A DNA stretch of 64,000 nt, from the NCBI GenBank assembly GCA_050575255.1, contig JBNZDD010013549.1:239354-303353 (forward strand). Reading direction: 5' to 3'. Below, piece after piece: positions 25,311 through 37,685 of the stretch; position 1 is the stretch's first letter; each line of letters begins with the position of its first letter. This stretch comes from Harriotta raleighana. Its lineage: Eukaryota. The notes under the pieces were generated by a model. It did no database searches. It was not told the origin of the DNA and worked only from the letters and a program-made list of their open reading frames with translations. A program made the translations under genes and the position numbers.

Positions 25311-26674
25311 ATCACCGTATAAGGATGGAAGGAAGATTGGTTGCCAGACCTCTGATTTAGCAGCTGGTGTGGTTAGTTATTGGATTACTCTCTCCGCTAA
25401 GGGAATGGTACCCATCCCAGAGGTGAAATTAATCCAAACAAATATCAGTTATCAGTTTGGTAACAAACTGCCATATTTTTATATATATATAGGATATAAT
25501 ATAACTACTCTGAAGTGCTCGTTTACCCCATTGCAGTAATCTGGCCCCTGATGTTGAAATTCAATACAAACTCTTCAGCTATATTTTTCTTGGACAGAAA
25601 GTCCCCAAGCCTTCAATTGAAGGGTTTTAGTGATGTGGGTAAACTGGAGGATTGATTTGGCTGAGTGATTGAGGTAAGGCCATAGTTCACCAGGGTTTAG
25701 CGGGTCTAAGAAGTAGTCTGTCCTTGTCCAACTTTCTGTACACGTCATGAAACTTTATATAATGGACAAGAATGTTTGAGAATCGAGATTTTCCTCAGCG
25801 CTGGTGGTGTAGATTGCTTGCACCCTCTGTTTAGATCGATTTGTTGCCCACAAAACATTTGTTTGATATTTAAATACATTCTCTGGTGTTGTTTTAGCAT
25901 TATTTTGGGGTCTGATTTCCTCGAAACGTCGGGAGAGCAAACAGTGTATCAAGACAGGCCAATTGTGCGACAGCGTCTGAAGAACTGGCAGTTCGCGACC
26001 AATTAGCTCATATTAGCATTTAGCAAGATTGTTCTTGGGACACGCTGGTCATCTCCAGCATTAACTATATGAAGCAGCTGGAGAGGGTGCTTCTCTAAAT
26101 GTGTGATTAATTGTGAGGTTGTGCTGTGTTACACGCCTCATCAATTTTCTTTTGGGTTTGAAGTGCCTTCTGAATGGCCGCCACAATGACTCTATTACGC
26201 TTGGATTGTCAGCAGGAAAGACTATGCTAACACAGCTGCCGACAAACACTACATACATGAAACTCAGCAGGACATTGAACCACTGAGATACTGACTGACT
26301 GGTGGGATTGACCTGTCACTTCACTGGTTGTCCTCTGACAGGATTTTAGACCCATCGCATCCATTGCTTTGACAGAATGACAAGTCTGGGTGGAATGATG
26401 AGCTTGATGAGAGGAGGTTGGAGGAGCTGGCTGTACAAACAGCAGCTTCTATGGTGGGAGATGGCTTGCTTTCAACAGGAACTGTTGTGACACCCACTTC
26501 CTAATGCAGCTTTTAGAAGATGTTTAAGGGAATCTGTAGGAACTTGCCAAGGACTGGTATCTTTTCACTTCTAAAAAACCTCTTACCCCTTTGGAGGTGA
26601 GAACGAACTGAACTTCAGCAAAACAATTCACCAAGATAAAGGTTAAGGATTATTGGGACTGGGAAAGAGAGCTT

Positions 26675-26950
26675 GCATTTTCACAATACCTTATATAGTG
26701 ATGTCGAAAAGTGTTTTTCAAGTAATCACCATCATGTAAAGTGACTGTTTTGTAGGAAAACATGGCAGCCACCACATTCGCGCGAGCTAACTTCCACAAA
26801 CAATCAGAAGAGGAATGAATAATGAATAGAGTCAATGGATCTTTCAAGTCCAACCTCAAGTCTAGGCATCTCTGACAATGCATTGTTCCTCCAGGAATTC
26901 CCTGAATTGTCGACCTGGAACTTGACATTGGATTTGAACCCATTCCCACG
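26675..26950 (-). mobile_element. Older Deu-domain SINE, degraded
   Basis: acatggcagccaccacattcgcgcgagctaacttccacaaac...ggcatctctgacaatgcattgttcctcc...gatttgaaccca. Confidence 0.65.
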
Positions 26951-27318
26951 TCTGTTCGGCAACATTTGTTCTCTCCCGCCCCCTCTTCTCGTAGCTAGCA
27001 ATGTGCAGAGTAGAAGCAGTTTGTGGAAAGGGGAGATCTTCTAAAGATCTGCAGTGATTGTGTTAAATGCACATGGTGTCCATTTAGTGACCAAAGCACC
27101 TTTTAAAGAGGGATAAATATTAGTGTGTGTTTGTTTTGGCTTGCAGATATGTGTAACCTTTGCGGATACAGTGAGTGATGCAGAAGGATTTGACAAACAC
27201 ACTGACTGGCACAGTGTGCTACTGCCCTCCATTCCTCCCTGCATATCTGCATGCTTTGCTGGTAGTACAATAATTCTGAGCACATTCCACCCCTAAAAGT
27301 GAAAAGCATCAAACACTA

Positions 27319-27478
27319 CAAGACATGAACCTCAAAAACCATATTATTATTTATACATATATTTGCCTTGAACTAATGTTGGCTTTTTATTTTTTTTTAA
27401 NCAAGACATGAACCTCAAAAACCATATTATTATTTATACATATATTTGCCTTGAACTAATGTTGGCTTTTTTTTTTTT
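27319..27478. other. Assembly artefact: duplication around the single N at 27401
   Basis: Near-identical copies flank the n. Confidence 0.85.
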
Positions 27479-28090
27479 AGAAACACAGTGTGAGTGAAAT
27501 AGTTGCTATAAATATTTGTTCAAACTAACTGATCTGGGATTTTTGCCTAAAATGTGTGTTGGACAAGTACTTACCATTTCTCAAACCTCACAAGCTGCTT
27601 ATTTCCAACATCCAACTATTTCATGGAATCCATCTGTTTCCCATGAGCTAAAAGAGGATTTCACATGTAATTCTCTCCTCCTATATATCACGATAACGGG
27701 AGAATAAATCTAAACATTTTCTTTTTTTTTTTACACACACACACACACACAGGAAAAACAAATTTCTCTCCAGGTGTTGGCTCCATTCCACTAATACGTT
27801 CCTTGATTCACTCCTTCACGCCCATGTCCACTCACGTCTACTTTTCCATGGGGATGGGGGAAATTATTGGATAGGGATCAGGAATGGGATTCTTTCATCT
27901 GATCATTTTCTTTGGGCTAACAAATGGAAGTGAAGCTAGTTACTGTGCTCTTGTTTCTACCCAGGCTGAGATCAGCTATTTCAGCACATGTAAGTAATTG
28001 AACCTGGAGCCTAGAAATGCTTGATTTACACAATAATAATTGGATTTTGTGCCTTCTCAACTAGTCAGTGGCTCACATTGCTTTATAGGA

Positions 28091-28410
28091 TAATAATAAT
28101 AAGAAGAAGAAGAATTGTTGTATTTGATATAGCGCCTTATCACATCTTCGAGACCTCTAGAAGCGCTTCACAGAATATACTGTGAATCGAATTGACCGCA
28201 TAATTTGTGGGCGAAACATGGCAGCCAATTGCACCCAGCAGAGTCCCACAAACAGAACCTTTGTTTAACGTCTCATCCAAAGAATGTCATGTTCGCCAAG
28301 GCCAGGATTGCCCTGAAGAATCAGCTTAAACTATAAGTGCAAAGACCCGACTTGAGGTCTCAAGACATAATCTTTTGGCAAAAGAGTTACCAACAGAGCC
28401 AGACTGACAC
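28091..28410 (-). mobile_element. Young SINE 3' part (to ~28255) joined to an older Deu-SINE 5' fragment
   Basis: tatttgatatagcgccttatcacatc...gcagccaattgc...gtcccacaaacag, then tttaacgtctcatccaaag...gagttaccaacagagcca. Confidence 0.8.
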
Positions 28411-28719
28411 TTTTTTTTTTCCACAGTGAGACTAGTTCCACACTAAGCAATATTTTTACAAGCTTGAGTTACTGTTATATCATTTGGGTTTTTCCACTTG
28501 CGTTCAGTTTATCCCTGGCTCCTCATACCCCAGTTTTGGTTTTGGTGAGCGGAGTTCCACAGGTATAAACATATAAAGATTGTTATCTTTTCACTACGAT
28601 TTTATGAAGATGGAATGAATAGGTTGTGATTCTGATCCGTATGGTATATCCAGAGATTCCTGTATCACCCTATAAGTGCTTGCCACAGATACATGGAGGC
28701 ATTTAATATACTGTATTTA

Positions 28720-29280
28720 AAATAATCCTTGCATTTGATACAGTGCTTTGCGTGTCTTCTAGATGTCTAAAAGCACTTCACAGAAAATACTTATACTTAG
28801 TAAAGTGTATTGATCAATCAATCAATCCAAATTACATTTATATAGCGCCTTTCATGTCGACAGAACGTCCCAAACGCTGTACAGTCAAGTAAGGATCAGA
28901 GCGGGGGGGAGGGGTGGGGGGAAGGAGAACAGGTAAAAACGACTGTATATTTGTGGGCCAAACGCGATAGCCAAACTGCAGTGTCCCACAAACAGTTGCG
29001 GAAGTGGGGCCGGGGAGAAAGGGGGAAAAGAGGGTAAGGGGGGAGACAGAGTGAAAAGCGGGGTGGGGTAAAATCATGGAAGAAAAGGGGGGAGAAAGGG
29101 GAGCAAGGGAGAAGAGGGAGGGAAAGGTGGGTGGGGGGCAAAATAAAGCAGAAATGGGGAGAAAGGGAGGGAAGAGGGAAGTAAGAGGGAGGGGGAACAA
29201 CAACAACAAACAACAATATCAACCACAAGAACCAAACAAAACAGCAACAACAACAACAGCAAAAGCAACAACAACAATTG
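28720..29280 (-). mobile_element. Composite element: SINE tail, nested L2-like tail with (GATT)n, Deu domain, purine-rich VNTR and (CAA)n
   Basis: SINE tail 28720-28790; L2-like tail ~28812-28890; Deu domain 28940-28997; G/A-rich repeats 29000-29196; (CAA)n to 29280. Homologous to 63425-63845. Confidence 0.75.
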
Positions 29281-30445
29281 TATGTATGTGGGTGAATTAT
29301 TTACAATTAAATTAACCTGGGGCGTAATAAAACAAAACCTATGGCAAGCCTCTGTCTCTATTCGTTACACCATGACCTTCCTGGTCACAAAGATTACCTG
29401 GAATGTGTGATAATGCCCCAAATCTATGACTTCAGGCATCACAGCACAAATTCTGGCTCTGCTGCAACACGAGGGGTTACATTTACTGCTGTAATCTTCC
29501 AAATGCAGTCAGCATTTGAATATTATAAATCAACAACAACAGGATATGAAGCCTGCTAAATCAAATCCCTAATGTTAACTGTCAGTATTAAAAGATTACA
29601 ATTCAAACCACATTTTGTATGAAAGAACAACAGAGAGTGAGTTAGGGGCCAAAGCCGGTGGAAACCGTTTCCTTAAACAAGAAAGTGCTCCTTCAATCAT
29701 CTTGTCATGAACTAATGTGTTTCACTGTTCTAATCTCTTCCCAAGGACTTGTTAAAGAAAAACTAGCAAGACTGCACCAATGATATATTGTCACTCAGAG
29801 TCAAAAACAATCTGGGCTAGATACCTCAGGTCTAACTGTTACAGTAAAGCCTTCACTTGGATCGTGTGGGTCTGCATATAACATCACACAAGGCCCAAGT
29901 GACTAATTTATTGGATCAAATTCATAATGTAGGGGTCAGCTGGTGAAGTGGAGACATACATGAAAACAGACTCTTAATATAATGATAAATATGTAAACTG
30001 ACAAAAATGTTTGGGTTTATAAGAGCATACAGCTGTACTTGTGAGTTCCAAACATGCAGTGAAACAAAGCGAAGGATTTAAAATGATCAGTTGAGCGTCT
30101 ACTGCAATCCAAGTTCCGTGAACTCAGTTTCAGGGAAAGGTGTGAAAGGTGCTCCGAGCCAAAAGTAGGCCAAAAAAGTCTTTTTTTTAAAAAAAATTGT
30201 ATTTGAATATTTATCAACATCAACAGCAACAACAACAACCACAAAACTACACTTGTACAACATCAAGCAATGTTTTGAGACTACTTAATGCAAAGGGCTT
30301 TATCTATTTGAGTCCAAAGTTGCTTGATGCCAACCTGCATGTTCCCTGTCATGTTCTCCGACTGACAATGGGAGGACAAGCAATGGTAATAGACTTCAGC
30401 CCTGGTACTTTTCGTCGAAGGAACAGATTGAGCAAGTCTGCATGT

Positions 30446-30781
30446 TCAGTCTACCCCTTCGACCCGAAATTCCTGAACCACGGAGGTTGGGGTTTGGCTT
30501 AAACGGGTTGACTGAATGGGCTGCCAATCGCCTTGAGTGTTGTTCCTTGAATAAACTGTACCGTTGCAGACAGTTTGGTAAAAGCGCCATTTGATTTGCC
30601 TGGAAAATGCTCTCGTCTTTCTTTTGATAAATGGAGGTCCAGGTCTCAGTGACAAATAAATTGCTCGATGCCGTTGTAAAATACGCTGATGGTTCCTCGG
30701 ATTAATAATCTCCCCGTAGAGAACTTGTTCCCCAGATTCCCAGTTGTCTTTAAGCAATTTGCAGTAATCATGCCGTGTCAT
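30446..30781 (-). CDS. Orphan 111-aa ORF in a candidate terminal exon; coding status unproven
   Basis: Preceded by a strong 3' splice site (gactaac branch point, T-tract, tgcag; AG at 30791-30790). The ATG has A at -3. The first downstream AATAAA is at 29912-29907. I recognised no protein family. Confidence 0.2.
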   Translation of the reverse strand: MTRHDYCKLLKDNWESGEQVLYGEIINPRNHQRILQRHRAIYLSLRPGPPFIKRKTRAFSRQIKWRFYQTVCNGTVYSRNNTQGDWQPIQSTRLSQTPTSVVQEFRVEGVD

Positions 30782-31034
30782 GCTATAAGCTGCAAAAAAT
30801 AAATGTCAAACAGTGTTAGTCAAAAAATGTTCCAGATTTACTACAGATGAGGATGCCTGTCTGTTATTGATTTTGCTGGTTTTCATACACAGAATAAATA
30901 AGCTTCGAAATATTACTTCAACATCAATCGTATTTTAATCACATTATCCTTCATGGCAGTCTCTTGTTTATATCAACAAAGGCACAGAACTGCTGAATGT
31001 TTTAAGTTAATAAAAATATAAATCCCCTTACCTG

Positions 31035-31200
31035 GGTTTTTTGTTAACAATATTTGGATTTTTAAACATTCACCCAGATAAAGCAGATGACACCTTGGTT
31101 TAACATCTCAGCCATTGGACAGCATTTCTGACAAACACAGTATTCTCCCAGCACTACACTGGAATATTAGCCTTGACTATTGAGGATTGGGCTTTCGTAC
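31035..31200 (-). mobile_element. Older Deu-domain SINE fragment
   Basis: acaccttggtttaacatctc...gacagcatttctgacaa...cagtattctcccagcactacactggaatattagcct. Confidence 0.75.
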
Positions 31201-31298
31201 AATACTTTCAAGGGCAGACATGCCTTTTAATACTCATTGTGTAGCCAGTGTCTGTGGAACTCTTAATATGCATCACTAACCTCAGAAAAGGAAAAGAG

Positions 31299-31330
31299 TA
31301 TGTGTGTGTGTGTGTGTGTGTGAGAGAGAG
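31299..31330. repeat. (TG)n(GA)n microsatellite
   Basis: Read directly from the sequence. Confidence 0.95.
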
Positions 31331-32391
31331 GAATGGAAAAATTGGATCAATTCAGCTTCTCGATAAGTGTTTGAATTTAGATGTAAATTGTATTTAACTT
31401 TAAATGATGTAATCTTTAGATGAACTGTATTAAAGTGGACTGATAAGCAGGAGAGAATTTCTTCCCTAGTCCCATCACAAACCACAGTGTAAATGCTTTG
31501 TTTGGGATTTTCCTGAACTGTTACAATCTAAATCATTACTGATTCACATAAAGGTTTGATTTCTTTTATTTTCCCCTTTCCAGTGTCTCAACTAAAAGTT
31601 TCTACTTTCATTACATTTGTATTGGGAGATTGCGCCTGTGTTAAAGTTCTATTAAATGTGAGTTAGCAGTCACTGCTTTGGGTGTTCTTTTACAAGTTCA
31701 AATTGATTTATAAAATCTTTCACTGACGATTCTGGGGAGTTTTGTGGGAGGGATGGGGGGGGAGCAATAATGAATGAAAGTGTCTATTATTAGTGAGGAA
31801 TGCATGCTTAGAGCATAAATTGGAGAGGTGTACCTCACACAAAGAGCAGTTACTTAACTTAATCTTAAGTATCTTATTTGCGTGCTAAACAGCTGTAACG
31901 GAAGATGAAATCGAAAAGCATTTTTTTAAAAAAACTGGCAATTGACTGAGGTAGTTACGACTGCAGGCAGTGCTTTAAAGGAATTTAATGTACCTGTAAA
32001 TGGAGGGATCAAGGCAATAGTACAAAGAATCAATCCACAATCTCACTGCAGGTGTGTGAGATGCAAACCAGGTGTCTGAAAGACTGCTTTGTCTGGAGCT
32101 GTCAGTGGGGAAAACTGATTAATCTCCTGCCCCATCCCCACATTCCCTTTTAACTGTGTCAAGAGATCTCTTTACATCAGGAAATCCAGAATGACATGGC
32201 TGTGTACTGAGGCCAGTTAATGTGTCTCAGGGTTTAAACAATTTAGATTAAAAGTGGATAATTGGTCGTAGCAGATTTTAAAAGCACGCACAGGTGCCTT
32301 TGAAATCTGGGTCAAAAAAATCAAGTGCGTCTTGTGTCAGTACCAGTGAACCTTTCCCAAGAACATCAGTTGCTCGTCCCATAATGTAGAG

Positions 32392-32708
32392 TCCCATAGC
32401 TCAGTGGTTAGAGCATTCGCAAAATGTTGGGCATGCATCCTTACCCCACATGCCTCTGTTTGCATGTGGGAACCCAGTTGTTATTCAATTGGCGGATTGC
32501 TTTGCTGAAGGTAATAATGATTCCTTTTTAATAAATGGTCATTTCAATCCACGACTGTTTGGGGGACACTGCTGTGCGCAACTGGCTGCTGCGTTTAGCC
32601 CACAGGATCTACGATCAACTCAACGTACTGTATATGTTCTGTATAAGTGCTTTTGAGACATCTCGAGCACGTGATAAGCCACTATATCAAATGCAAAGAT
32701 TGTTTATT
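32392..32708 (+). mobile_element. Young SINE with the B-box region replaced by ~115 bp of unrelated sequence
   Basis: A box tagctcagtggttagagc at ~32397-32414; SINE sequence resumes at ggtcatttcaatccacgactgttt (~32537) and ends tatatcaaatgcaaagatt. Confidence 0.85.
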
Positions 32709-33979
32709 TAAAATCCTATAGAGGTCTCTGGGGCCTGAGTGCTGACTGGGTATTCAACGTTCAAATGTCAAAAAGCTGATAACACATGTGTACATTGCCA
32801 GTAACTCGGGCAAATCCCCATCTGATTTCTGCCACACAAGACAGAACAATTTACGAGTTAACCACAGATTTTAGGTCAATTTATTTTTAAGGCTAATTTA
32901 ACTTTTTTTTTTAAAAAATAGATTAAAAACTATATATATAATATATAAAACTCTCCTCCACCTTTCCTCCACCTCTCGTGAATGGGCTGCTGCGTTCAGT
33001 AAACCCTGGCATTCAGGTGGCTTATGCGGCGTCATGAATACCATTCATTCCATGACCATTAGCCAGGACAAGGATTCAAGTAAGTAGTGTTTACTGGATC
33101 TCTTTGGGATCAGCTTTGAGTATTCAGGGCCTCAAATGTTGCACGGTTTTTGCCTTAATTAAGATCGTGGCCTTAAAATATTGGATCATGCGGATTTTGG
33201 CAAGTTCTTAAATTAGCCATTATTTGAAGCCTTTTTTCTTCCACAGACCTACAGAGAAAGAGCTCCCAAATGAAGACAATTTAGGTATTTACCAAAAGTT
33301 CTGCACAATCTGAAATTCTTAAGACAATAATCTTCAGGCTAAAACCATGTGGAATTTCCAGCCTCTGACTGCTTCGACTCAGGGGGTCATTTTCAGAATT
33401 TACAAAGCGTTCGACTGAAGCAAGTGAGTTTGAGTGACAGGAACTCTGGAATTTAGGACCTCTGGTTAGAAATGAGGTGCTCAATAACCTGAAGCTAGTC
33501 GATGTAAGGGTTACAATTTTTCTGACATTACGTCCGAGGTTTGGAAGGATTTTGCTTGATTTAGAAAGTAACCACTGAGGTAAAACTACTTCAATAACGA
33601 AGGCAAACGTAATTGTACAATTTACTTTCCCTGGAACTAATGGTCTGTAATTTTTATTCTTTGTGGGACTCCAATTGGAAAAAAACGCTAAAATTCCTGT
33701 GGAGTACATATCCCCCCCCCCCCCTCGCCTCACGTATCACTAGGGGTTGCTTCCAGAACGTAAAGTTTGTTATTCGAAGCAGCCAAACGTTTACATCATT
33801 AATTCTTTAGATGGAGAACGTTCAGAGCATGCAGAATTACTAAATAAATACTTTCACTTGTATATACATGGTACCCTGGCATCTAGCCTGGTTCCTAACT
33901 CCCAGTTGAATGCAAAATCCTTCCATTTATTTTTGGATGCTTCAGCTGAGTTAGCATTCATTGGAATTTTTTTTTCCCC

Positions 33980-34000
33980 TTCTTCTTCTTCTTCTTCTTC
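33980..34000. repeat. (TTC)7 microsatellite
   Basis: Read directly from the sequence. Confidence 0.95.
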
Positions 34001-34239
34001 AACTTTTTGCCCGTTCTCTTTCGAAGGCAATTAAAGGTTATAGTTCCAGAGTTCCTGGGTGTCCACTGATGCATCGTTCATAGGCCATTTCCCTCGTGTG
34101 CACCTACATACATTTTAATGGGCGATTGCCCTTGAATCCAAGTGCAAAGCCAATTCCATCGACGGGGAAAGCTTTGCACAGATTTTAAACAGGCTGCAGG
34201 TTTTTCTTCCCATTCCATGCTTTCTTTTGATCTTACAGC

Positions 34240-34400
34240 AACTGGGGGCGAGCTTTCAGCCATTCTGCTCCCATTCCCTCCGACCCCCATCTTTCCCAGC
34301 CCCTTTCCCTTGCTCCCACAATCAAAGCCCATCTCAAGGCTTCCCTCTGACCGCCCTTTCGGGCATCTTTCCCCTCCAGATCTTCTTTGACTCCCACCAT
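34240..34400 (+). mobile_element. L2 LINE ORF2 C-terminal fragment
   Basis: gggcgagctttcagccattctgctccc translates to GRAFSHSAP, and atcaaagcccatctcaag to IKAHLK. Confidence 0.65.
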
Positions 34401-35049
34401 CTCCTGAGATGAAAGGAAGTAAATGTAGATTTATTATTATTGTTACCGCATACCAATATACATTTATGGAAGGAAATCTCTGCCTTATGAAGCCTTGAAA
34501 CAGGAGTAACAAATGAATTTCCCAGTTTATTTTTTGCGAAGCAAACAAATGCACGTTTTAGAAAGAAAATGAAAAATTCTAATACAGTACAACTGGCCAG
34601 GCTTTATTATTAAATAAAAATGTTCTGGATCCAAACAACATGGCTACTTTTTGTTTGTGTAAAGGTTATTCTTGTCCCTAAAATTTGACATACAGGGATT
34701 TGAAGCTCTTTATAAATTTCTTTTTAAACGAACCCAGTCAGTTCTTCTGCAGTCACCTCATCTGTCTACTGACCTTTTCACCTATTATCTGAATAAAAGC
34801 TTGTTCTCAGCTTACTGTTTACTCATTACGACAGCAGGGAATTGTGATTAGCAGTCAATAGCATAGCGCATACTGTGAGACTGGTAGGTGGCTATGAAGT
34901 CCAGAAAATGGCATAATGGTTTGCCTAGTCCCCGTTTCCTAAATCAATTTACCCTCAGCACAGTCTTCACCAAACCATTCGATCGGGCGTTAGGTCCTTG
35001 GTTTGGCCTGGATTTGACCTTGTTGTACAACTAGAAAGATGATCTCAGG

Positions 35050-35178
35050 AGGGATTAAACATACTATCCCCAAATTTTAATCCACAACTGTTTGTGGGAC
35101 ACTGCTGTGCACAATTGACTACTGCATTTCGCCCACACAATGTACAATCAATTCATTTTACAGTATATTCTGAGAAGA
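35050..35178 (+). mobile_element. Young SINE central (Deu) fragment
   Basis: aatccacaactgtttgtgggacactgctgtgcacaattgactactgcatttcgcccac. Confidence 0.85.
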
Positions 35179-35194
35179 AATTATGCAGTCAAAA

Positions 35195-35410
35195 AAACAA
35201 AAGACGAAGTGTTGCAGATGTGGGAAATCTGGTATAAACACAGAAGTCACTGGGAACATGCAGCCGGTCAGGCAGCATCCATAGAGAGAGGATAATGGGT
35301 TGACGTCAGTTCTGATGAAAGATCATAGACATGAAACCTGAACCAATTTTTCTCTCTCCATGGATGCTGTCTGCCCTGATGTGTGTTCCAGCTGACATCT
35401 GTGCATTTTC
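35195..35410. mobile_element. Penelope-like-element-derived foldback (inverted terminal segments) with a decayed hammerhead core
   Basis: The arms ctgggaacatgcagccggtcaggcagcatccatagagagag (~35250-35290) and ctctctccatggatgctgtctgccctgatgtgtgttccag (~35352-35391) are inverted copies. CTGATGA (35312-35318) and GAAA (35333-35336) lie between them. Confidence 0.7.
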
Positions 35411-35411
35411 A

Positions 35412-35476
35412 GCTCCTTGGGAAGTGATCCCGACGTGAAAGCCGCTCTATAAATGTAATCTTGTTGTTGTTGTTGT
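35412..35476 (+). mobile_element. L2 extreme 3' end with (GTT)n
   Basis: ccttgggaagtgatcccgacgtgaaagccgctctataaatgtaatcttgttgttgttg. Confidence 0.8.
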
Positions 35477-35692
35477 TTATACAGTCATGTCAGGAGGGCC
35501 AGAATAATAGTGACTCCAAACTGCTGGAAATGAACCAGCTAAAACTGTTTAGCAGAAGGGTAAGATTAGTGTTGTTTAGTTACATAAAACCACCCTATGT
35601 AGAGGCCTCTACATGATGGAGTGTTAGCTGAGTGGAAACAATCCAGTTCCCTAATGACATGTCCAAATCCCATTGATCAGCTAGGCCGGCTG

Positions 35693-36040
35693 GTTCGCCT
35701 GGCTCAGTGTCAGCACTCTCGCCTCTAAGTCAGAGGTTGTGGCGTCAAGCCCCACATCAGGACCTGGGCTACTCTACACTTAGCTGACCCTCCAATTCAA
35801 TTCCAACCGTGTGTTGCAATGTTGGAGGTGCCATCCGTTGAGACTTTAAACCAAGGGCCTGTTTAGGTGAGTGTTAAATATCCCGTGACGATATTTGAAA
35901 AGGAAAGGGAGTTGTTCTCCACCGGTGTCTTGGCAAATAATTCCCCCGAAGAAAATTGGTCAGTCACTCCATGGCTGTTTGTGGGATGTTGGTGTGCACA
36001 AATTGGCCGCTGCGTTCGCCCACAAATGCACAGTTGCTAA
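35693..36040 (+). mobile_element. Near full-length older Deu-domain SINE (SacSINE1-like)
   Basis: tRNA-like head tggctcagtg...agcactctcgcctctaagtcagaggttgtgg..tcaagcccc, centre gttggaggtgcc...ttaaaccaaggg, and Deu core gctgtttgtgggatgttggtgtgcacaaattggccgctgcgtt. Confidence 0.85.
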
Positions 36041-37685
36041 CATCTGATCACTACTTCCACCGTGCAGCATTGATTCAAGTGCTTGAATCCCATTGCTCCT
36101 GCTTTCAATCCCAGAGAATAGCCTAATTCCCTCCCCTTCTTTCCTTTCCCAGAGGATAGCAACAACCCTCCAAAAGTCCAGCATACACAATGAAATATGC
36201 TATTATAGCAATGAATCCCAGAGGCACTGAGTGCAGTGGATTTAGCGAATCACAGCTCTCGTTCATGGTGATTAAACCCAAGGGGTTTCCATCTTGGCAT
36301 TTACTCCATATACAGAAGCTGTAATTGTATTTTAAGGTCAGGGCTCCTGATGTTTAACATTTAATTTTGCACCACATTTCCTGAAGAGATTAAACTGAAA
36401 ATTCCATTTACCCTTTCAGCGCTCTGCATTGCCATGTGTTGCTCCTAGTTACGTCTGATTGTGAACTTGCTTCTCATGTTCAATCCGTCAGTACATTTTA
36501 TCCCCTTTATAGGACTGAGATGGAGAGAGGCAGGAGTTGTAAGGTTCAATCCCTGGTCCGTTCTCCTGATCCATTGAGGCTTCTATGGAGATTCCACAGT
36601 TGGCTTCAGCGCGCCCCAGAAAGGGAGGGGGTATATATTTTTGAACATATTCCAAATTCAGACTAGGAACCAGGGCTGAAGTGCACAGGCCAACTCAGGG
36701 CTTTCTGGTCATATTTACTAGGAATAGGCAGAATGTTACAAAATAATTATCGTTAAGAATGTAATGTTGTTCCCCATTGCTGCCGTTTCCAATGAAAAAA
36801 ATAACAATTTTCCCCTGTGGCTTGCCCTATATTGTTAAGTACACTCAATGCCTTTAATATAAATCAGTATCGCAATTGTATTGCAGTACAATTTATGTTT
36901 ATTCTCTCTTTCTATGGCGATGTACCACAGTACCCCGGCTAATAGCGCATTGTCTATTCATTGTCTGAAAGCTCTGCTCAGCAGATTGACTGAGATCAGA
37001 AAATCGGCAGCAGAATTGCAGGTGTAACCTCATTGCCTATCTGCTGGACAAGGTAGGCCACTTGGATCTGCAAAACTTTACCGGACTGAGAGCTGGGGCA
37101 CACCACTGTTCATTCTTAAATTAAACAAAATGAACAGTTACCAGCTTCCTATTTTGCCCGATTCCATTGTTGGCGATCACACCCGTCGGAACGGCCTCCA
37201 GACCCGAAAGCCACCGTATATACAAATATATATTTGTCTTGTAAAACACTGAAGGGCTGCATTTAACACTTGTCTAAAGGTATAAACTCAGTTCAACTTG
37301 GATCTTGCTGCAAGCGCTATTGTTGGCATCGAAACTTTAGCTATTTAATCTCAGTTCAGAAGATCACAGAGAGCGGCCCAGATAAAGAAGATTGTTCGTT
37401 CGGCCCATTTGATCTCGTCCTTCCAGAATGATTCTATTATGTAAATGTATGGTATATGTGGAATATATATAGGGTTGCACAAATTTCCAATGTCCCAAAG
37501 GATTAGATCATCAATGTCATGTTCCTCGTATCTTAATCATCTAAAAACAAGTCAAAAAGCATGCAGTAATGAAGATATCACTCTTTCCAACAAGTACAAT
37601 TTTAGGCTTGTTTCTTTCATTTTCCTGGATAATTTACATTATTGTAATATAGGCTTTCATTACATTAATGTAATACAGGCTGTCT

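Noticed and set aside
28838-29315. Overlapping Pro/Leu/Phe-rich and Gly/Glu/Lys-rich ORFs (also 63529-63843, 12134-12639, 16349-16712)
   Set aside because: These frames are open only because of low-complexity, stop-poor repeats.
33281-33733. 150-aa minus-strand ORF and the nearby poly-Glu-like frame at ~33860-34030
   Set aside because: No recognisable family. The Gly and Glu runs come from a poly-C tract and a (TTC)n microsatellite.
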